A stretch of 64,000 nt of DNA, taken from assembly GCA_016700095.1 (NCBI GenBank), contig CP065002.1:716175-780174 (forward strand), read 5' to 3'. Both the position numbers and the translations under genes were made by a program. This DNA comes from Candidatus Woesebacteria bacterium. Lineage in GTDB: Bacteria; Patescibacteriota; Microgenomatia; UBA8517. The notes beneath the pieces were generated by a model, which ran no database searches, was not told the DNA's origin, and saw only the letters and a list, made by a program, of their open reading frames with translations. Shown here piece after piece: positions 58,845 through 64,000 of this stretch (its first letter is position 1; each line of letters begins with the position of its first letter).

Positions 58845-60152
58845 TTACCTTTGTTTTCCTGTAAACGGAGTGTTACCGGTGAATTCAACAGTCTGACTAA
58901 GTTTTACCAAATCAATCTCATCAATATCCAGTAAACGATTGTATTTGGCAACCCTTTCACTTCTTGCCGGGGCACCAGTTTTAATCTGTCCGGATGCAGT
59001 TGCTACACAAAGATCAGATATAAAAGCATCTTCTGTCTCTCCTGATCTATGAGAGACAATTGTATTCCAATTAGCTTCCTTACATTTTGCAATCGCATTT
59101 AGGGTTTCTGTAACCGTTCCGATTTGGTTTAATTTAACCAAAAGTGCATTGGCTGATTTTTCCTGAATCGCCCGGTCTATCCGTTTAGTGTTTGTAACCA
59201 AAAAATCATCACCGACTATTTGTACTTTTTTCCCTAATTTCTGGGTCAACGCCGTCCACCCTTCCCAATCATCTTGATCCAAGGCATCTTCAAGTGAAAT
59301 AATCGGATAATTATTTACAAGCTCTTCCCACATAATTATCATTTCATCACTTGTTAATTCACGATTCTGCGTGTGCAGTTTGTATTTTTTATTGTCTTTG
59401 TCATAAATTTCAGATACGGCTGGATCAAGGGCGATTGAAATTTCCTCCCCGGGTTTATACCCTGCTTGGACAATAGCATCGGTAATTAAGTCAATCAGCT
59501 TGGTATTTGACTGGATATTCGGAGCAAATCCACCCTCGTCACCAACAAGAGTCGAATAACCTTTTTTACCAAGTAGCGATTTAAGGGCGTGGTATGTTTC
59601 TACTCCCCACATTAACCCTTGTGAAAAAGTATCGGCTCCACTGGGCACAATCATATATTCCTGGAAATCCGAACCCTCCCAATTTACATGTGCTCCGCCG
59701 TTTATTATATTCATCATGGGAATGGGAAGACTCATCTTGGGTTCTCCAAACAAGCTATTTATGTAGTGAAATACTTCTTTGCCGGAAACCAAAGCAGCAG
59801 TTCGCACAACAGCCATCGAAACCGCAAGAATGGCATTGGCTCCAAGTCTTGATTTATTCTCAGTTCCGTCAAGTTCGATCATCAGCTTATCAATGTTTAC
59901 CTGATCGAAAATGTCATGACCAACCAAAATCTTTTCTATCTCCTCTACATTGCCGATAGCTTTTTCAACACCTAATCCCAAAAAACGCTCACCGTGGTCT
60001 CGTAACTCCAAAGCTTCGTGATCACCTGTTGAAGCACCGGAAGGAACCATTGCTGAAGCAGTGTGGTTATTTACCGTAACTTCAACTTTTACCGTAGGAT
60101 TGCCACGCGAGTCAAAGCGCTGATAAGCTTTAACTTTGTCGATAGTACTCAT
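58845..60152 (-). CDS. Enolase (copy 2, divergent paralog)
   Basis: FDSRGNPTVKVEV, SHRSGETED, KLNQIGTVTE. All catalytic and metal residues appear intact. Shares the conserved core motifs with copy 1 at 11428-12693 but diverges elsewhere. Confidence 0.9.
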   Translation of the reverse strand: MSTIDKVKAYQRFDSRGNPTVKVEVTVNNHTASAMVPSGASTGDHEALELRDHGERFLGLGVEKAIGNVEEIEKILVGHDIFDQVNIDKLMIELDGTENKSRLGANAILAVSMAVVRTAALVSGKEVFHYINSLFGEPKMSLPIPMMNIINGGAHVNWEGSDFQEYMIVPSGADTFSQGLMWGVETYHALKSLLGKKGYSTLVGDEGGFAPNIQSNTKLIDLITDAIVQAGYKPGEEISIALDPAVSEIYDKDNKKYKLHTQNRELTSDEMIIMWEELVNNYPIISLEDALDQDDWEGWTALTQKLGKKVQIVGDDFLVTNTKRIDRAIQEKSANALLVKLNQIGTVTETLNAIAKCKEANWNTIVSHRSGETEDAFISDLCVATASGQIKTGAPARSERVAKYNRLLDIDEIDLVKLSQTVEFTGNTPFTGKQR

Positions 60153-60218
60153 TTCTATTTAGCATAACATATTTACTTATTTCTAGGTAAAAAAGCATAT
60201 TTCGTATAAAATCAGGGT

Positions 60219-61166
60219 ATGATCGATGAAACACACATAATTCTTAAAGCCGGCGACGGTGGTGAAGGTGCCGTTTCTTTTGGAAAACACGCCAAATCAG
60301 GTCCCGATGGCGGCAATGGTGGTGATGGCGGAAATATTTACATAACAACAAGTAGTGATTTGACACTGCTTTCTCAATTCCAAGGAAAAAGGATAATTAC
60401 TGCCGAGTTTGGCTACCATGGAAGCAAGGATAAAAAAGCCGGCCGCAAGGGAAACGATATTATCGTAAGTCTTCCTGTCGGATCGCTTATCGTCGACCAG
60501 GATACAAACGAAGAGTACGAACTTGAAAAGGTAGGAGAAACTTTTCTTTTTTGTAATGGCGGTATAGGAGGAATAGGTAATTTTGATCTGCGGTCATCCA
60601 GAAACACCACTCCGAAAAACACAATTCCTGCGACAAAAGGACAAAAACGGCAAGTAAAAATTGTTTTGCGCTACATTGCAGACTATGGACTTATCGGACT
60701 GCCAAACGCAGGGAAAAGTTCACTTTTAAACGCACTGACTAACGCTAAAGTAAAAACCGCCAATTATAATTTCACCACCCTATCGGCTAATCTTGGTGTA
60801 TTGCCCAACGGAAAAGTTATTGCCGACATTCCGGGGTTAATTGAGGGAGCAAGTACGGGAAAGGGTTTAGGAATTAAATTTCTTAAACATATACAAAAAG
60901 TGTCGGTTTTGTTCCATTGCATTTCAACCGAAAGCACAAATCCTTCTAAAGACTACAAAACAATTAGAAACGAGCTCAAAGAGTTTGATCAAAATTTACT
61001 AAATAAAAAAGAGGTTATCCTAATAACCAAAAGTGATTTGGTCGACAAAAAAGATTTAGTAAAAGTAGAAAAATATTTTAAAAAATTACATTTACCCATC
61101 TATTGTCTATCAATTTACGATCCTTCCTCAGTTGAAAAACTATACGAAGTGGTAAATAAGACTTAA
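60219..61166 (+). CDS. obg: GTPase Obg/CgtA, short form without C-terminal OCT/TGS domain
   Basis: Gly-rich Obg fold (GDGGEGAVSFGKHAKSGPDGGNGGDGGNIY), G1 GLPNAGKSSLL, G3 DIPG. Confidence 0.85.
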   Translation: MIDETHIILKAGDGGEGAVSFGKHAKSGPDGGNGGDGGNIYITTSSDLTLLSQFQGKRIITAEFGYHGSKDKKAGRKGNDIIVSLPVGSLIVDQDTNEEYELEKVGETFLFCNGGIGGIGNFDLRSSRNTTPKNTIPATKGQKRQVKIVLRYIADYGLIGLPNAGKSSLLNALTNAKVKTANYNFTTLSANLGVLPNGKVIADIPGLIEGASTGKGLGIKFLKHIQKVSVLFHCISTESTNPSKDYKTIRNELKEFDQNLLNKKEVILITKSDLVDKKDLVKVEKYFKKLHLPIYCLSIYDPSSVEKLYEVVNKT

Positions 61167-61184
61167 CTTTGCTAGAATAATTCT

Positions 61185-61997
61185 ATGAGTGACAACGAAC
61201 CTACATCTCAACTCAATAAAGATATTCCTTTAACCGCAGCACAAACTCATGCACAAGGTGTGATTGAGCGTCTTTCCGATTCCGAAGGTATTCCTGGAGA
61301 TTTTAAGGATGCCTTAAAAAAAATTGAACCTGACAAAATTCTAACTAGTGGCCCAGAAGATAGGCCAGATTGGAATATAGCTCACGGTCTTGTAATTACA
61401 AGACCTGTCGACAACGATCTAAGACGTGATTCGTATTATATGACAATCCACCCAGGTGGAGTATTCATCGCATGCGTTCAATCTACTGTGTCTTTTAATA
61501 AAGCAGATGCCATTAAGTGGCTTGAAATAGGAAAAGACGGATCGGTAAGTGAAGGTCAAGTTCCAGAAGGCGAAACTCTACCCGGGATTCTTACTGAAAC
61601 AGTTGGCAAACCGTTGACTTCTGAATATATAAATGTAACCCTTGATGCTCTGGGCGGTCCCTACATACCTTTTTTGTCCGCACTAGATGATGCCAAGATG
61701 CACGCCCCAGAAGACAATGCGTGGGTAAGGGGGTTAATCGAATCATTTAATACAACTGAGGAATTACGACCAATTTTCCCGGGACATCCACACTACGAAG
61801 AATATAATAGTGAAGACTCAACCGTTTGGATCGTATGTGCAGGTCCGGGTGGGGTCACTGCGATCGGCAGAAAGGCTGAAATAGGCGGTGTGGGTAATTT
61901 TACGGGAGCAATAAGTTATAACCCGGAAAAGCCAAGAGAGGTAACTTTTATTCGCCCCGGTGAAAAAGATGACGAAACCGAGGTGGTCAATTTTTAA
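61185..61997 (+). CDS. Hypothetical protein (270 aa)
   Basis: Long ORF with acidic, Gly/Pro-containing composition. No TM or signal peptide. No recognised motif. Confidence 0.4.
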   Translation: MSDNEPTSQLNKDIPLTAAQTHAQGVIERLSDSEGIPGDFKDALKKIEPDKILTSGPEDRPDWNIAHGLVITRPVDNDLRRDSYYMTIHPGGVFIACVQSTVSFNKADAIKWLEIGKDGSVSEGQVPEGETLPGILTETVGKPLTSEYINVTLDALGGPYIPFLSALDDAKMHAPEDNAWVRGLIESFNTTEELRPIFPGHPHYEEYNSEDSTVWIVCAGPGGVTAIGRKAEIGGVGNFTGAISYNPEKPREVTFIRPGEKDDETEVVNF

Positions 61998-62361
61998 ACT
62001 CTAGTCTTTCTTTTTTATTTTTCCTATCCATATTGCCACACGATTATTGCGTGAATGAAAAATTGTCTTACCACCGAAGGTGTAATAAAAATGTCAAGAA
62101 CTTTAGTCCGTGAGTTTTGTTATGTACTAAATATTTACAGGAAATCTTATCTTTCTTTAGACCTAGAAACATAATCAACATAAGTACCTTTTTCCTGCCT
62201 TGCTATCTCTCGTAGCGTTTTATTAACTCCAATTTCATAATCGGTTAATTCACTATCAGTTGGTATAATCTCTGGTTCAGGCTCTATAATTGAAACTCTA
62301 ACTGTATCTAATTTTTTTCCATTTGCTCCACGAGGTGTTACTGATAATTCAGACTATCTTT

Positions 62362-62643
62362 TCATATGTTGATGTTACCCGCCAGGACATTTATACCCAC
62401 AACCATTAATGACAACATCGTGCTCAATCCAGCCTTATTTAGTTCTTTGTCCGAAGAAAATTTATTTTTATGTGCATATAGCACCAATCCCAATACCACA
62501 GCATTTATTGCCACGTTAGCAATTGCCAATTCTGCAGAAACGGTTCCCATGCCCCTATTGAAGTTTGAATACAAAGCAAACGCACCTGCACCAGCATCTA
62601 TTTTTAGCATTAAATCAAGTGCCGGCGTACCTTCTTTTGACAT
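62362..62643 (-). CDS. Small 2-TM hypothetical protein, tandem paralog A
   Basis: Starts MSKE, has an AGAGxA segment, and ends with TM ...VGINVLAGNINI. Paralog of 62790-63116. Confidence 0.4.
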   Translation of the reverse strand: MSKEGTPALDLMLKIDAGAGAFALYSNFNRGMGTVSAELAIANVAINAVVLGLVLYAHKNKFSSDKELNKAGLSTMLSLMVVGINVLAGNINI

Positions 62644-62789
62644 GTCAGAAATTATACACGATATTTTACTTTATACTTCTTATATTATTTTTTATTTATC
62701 CTAATACAAATTACTAGCCATATCTTAGACACGTAGAATTCGCAAAATTAAATATACCTCAATCATAAGTTACTCTGGTAAAGAAGTAT

Positions 62790-63116
62790 TTAGAATGAAA
62801 TATTACCATTTATTACATTCAGGCCGATCAACACGGCAGTCGTAGCTATATTGGCTATTAACATTTTATCATCTTCACTTATACGAGGCTTCCCAGATGC
62901 ATAATCTTCACCCACTTGTCGCACTAATAAAACTAAGTTGGTCATAACTGCTGCTATCAATACATAGGCTGCGATATTGGCTGATACTTCAATACGAGGA
63001 TCGTTCGGAAATGAACTTCTCGTTCTTTCGTAAAGTGAAGCAACATACGCCATACCGGCTCCGACATTTGTTAAAGTGCCGGCCACATGTGGTGACATTG
63101 TGTTTTCTTTACTCAT
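62790..63116 (-). CDS. Small 2-TM hypothetical protein, tandem paralog B
   Basis: MSKE...VGAGMAY...DDKMLIANIATTAVLIGLNVINGNISF. Same architecture as paralog A. Confidence 0.4.
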   Translation of the reverse strand: MSKENTMSPHVAGTLTNVGAGMAYVASLYERTRSSFPNDPRIEVSANIAAYVLIAAVMTNLVLLVRQVGEDYASGKPRISEDDKMLIANIATTAVLIGLNVINGNISF

Positions 63117-63470
63117 AGATATGTGTCAAACAAGGAATTTCACTTGGCATATTGTAAATGATTTTTGTAATTCAGCAAACTTCTCACAGTATTTTCACGC
63201 AAAATTTATTTTCTCTTCTTGTTTAGCTGATTTTGTCAATAACCACACTACTTTTTTCGTCTAATACAGCTGAACGAGGCCGGATAGACACATAATTTTC
63301 AACCTACGGCTAGATGAGCTACATTCGAAGCATAACACTAAAGAAAAACAAAGTATCGATTACAATTTATAATACCAACGATAATAAAACATTAGCATTA
63401 TTTACATAGACACAGTAATCAATGAACTATAAGGATTACTAATAGATATTAAATTTTCAAACAACAGTGA

Positions 63471-63989
63471 TTATTTAGATTGGAGTTGTTTTTGTGCCTG
63501 TGAGAAAGTCTTGAGATCCATACTTAACATTTTACCATCTACTTTATCGAGAACCTGATACGACTCACTTAGGTCCCAATAATCAACTCCTTTTTCTGTG
63601 TCCTTGGAAACCTTATCTGATGTTTGTTTTATCCAGATGTCTTTTCCACTTGCACCACGTAGAAGTTTGTAGCAAATAGCGTGCGGAACCCCCTCTATTT
63701 CGGAATACTTCCAAACTCTAGCCAAAACACCCATTTGCTCATCTCTTCCTTGGCTAGTAATTTTCATCTTATCAACAGGCTCATTCGAGTTAAGCGTAAG
63801 TTGCACATCATAACCCATTAGTCGATCTGGTGTTCGTGCCCAATAAACATCGTACTTTTTAGTAACAACTGTTTCTCTTGTATGCTTTTGAACAGCACCT
63901 CTGCCATGAAGATCTTCTGTTAGCGCTTTGAGTTGACGAAAATCAAACGTATTGGTTTCCAATGGCTGTAAAGTTTCACCCATAAGCAA
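63471..63989 (-). CDS. Hypothetical protein (172 aa)
   Basis: Soluble Lys/Asp-rich ORF whose start is near the window edge. No recognisable domain. Confidence 0.35.
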   Translation of the reverse strand: MLMGETLQPLETNTFDFRQLKALTEDLHGRGAVQKHTRETVVTKKYDVYWARTPDRLMGYDVQLTLNSNEPVDKMKITSQGRDEQMGVLARVWKYSEIEGVPHAICYKLLRGASGKDIWIKQTSDKVSKDTEKGVDYWDLSESYQVLDKVDGKMLSMDLKTFSQAQKQLQSK

Positions 63990-64000
63990 TGATAAATAAG

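Overview
This is a gene-dense, low-GC bacterial chromosome segment of about 60 predicted genes. Most are housekeeping genes that I recognise from their protein motifs. Several proteins are short or lack domains (UvrC without the C-terminal helix-hairpin-helix domain, ClpB without its N-domain, short Obg and HolA), and an HtpX-LemA pair is present. I infer a streamlined, Gram-positive-like lineage, possibly CPR/Patescibacteria, but cannot verify this.

Housekeeping content, in window order:
- A co-linear uvrB-uvrA-(transglutaminase-like)-uvrC block on the minus strand, with lexA divergent from it.
- A glycolytic block (gpmI, eno, ppsA, pgi), then an IS200-like Y1 transposase-domain gene, then a pgm-holA-(HExxH protein)-ruvC operon.
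- tatD, sodA, msrA, a DNA alkylation-repair gene, dnaE, rplS, yraN, gatC-gatA-(MFS)-gatB, clpB, mscL, htpX-lemA, a PolX-type polymerase, a second enolase, and obg.

The most unusual part is the accessory island at about 22.9-33.8 kb, and within it an undescribed-looking TasA/camelysin-SipW surface-fibre module at 23.5-28.4 kb.
- Two paralogous secreted proteins carry Bacillus/archaeal-type 'SipW-cognate' signal peptides (AFFSD[TS]ETST[NG]NKF) and a TasA/camelysin-like N-domain containing an LKPGD motif. One of them is fused to a parallel beta-helix.
- A dedicated SipW/Sec11-type signal peptidase (SGSMEP ... HRIV ... GDAN) follows, with an unusual C-terminal extension.
- Next is a lipoprotein that combines the same TasA-like module with RTX-type GGxGxD calcium-binding repeats.
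- A GH18-like protein with a degenerate catalytic motif and a DUF2233-like protein follow.
- The minus-strand genes beyond 30.3 kb are a separate block: a Zincin_1 peptidase, a COG4880 beta-propeller protein and a PH-like protein.

No rRNA, tRNA or CRISPR array was detected by eye.
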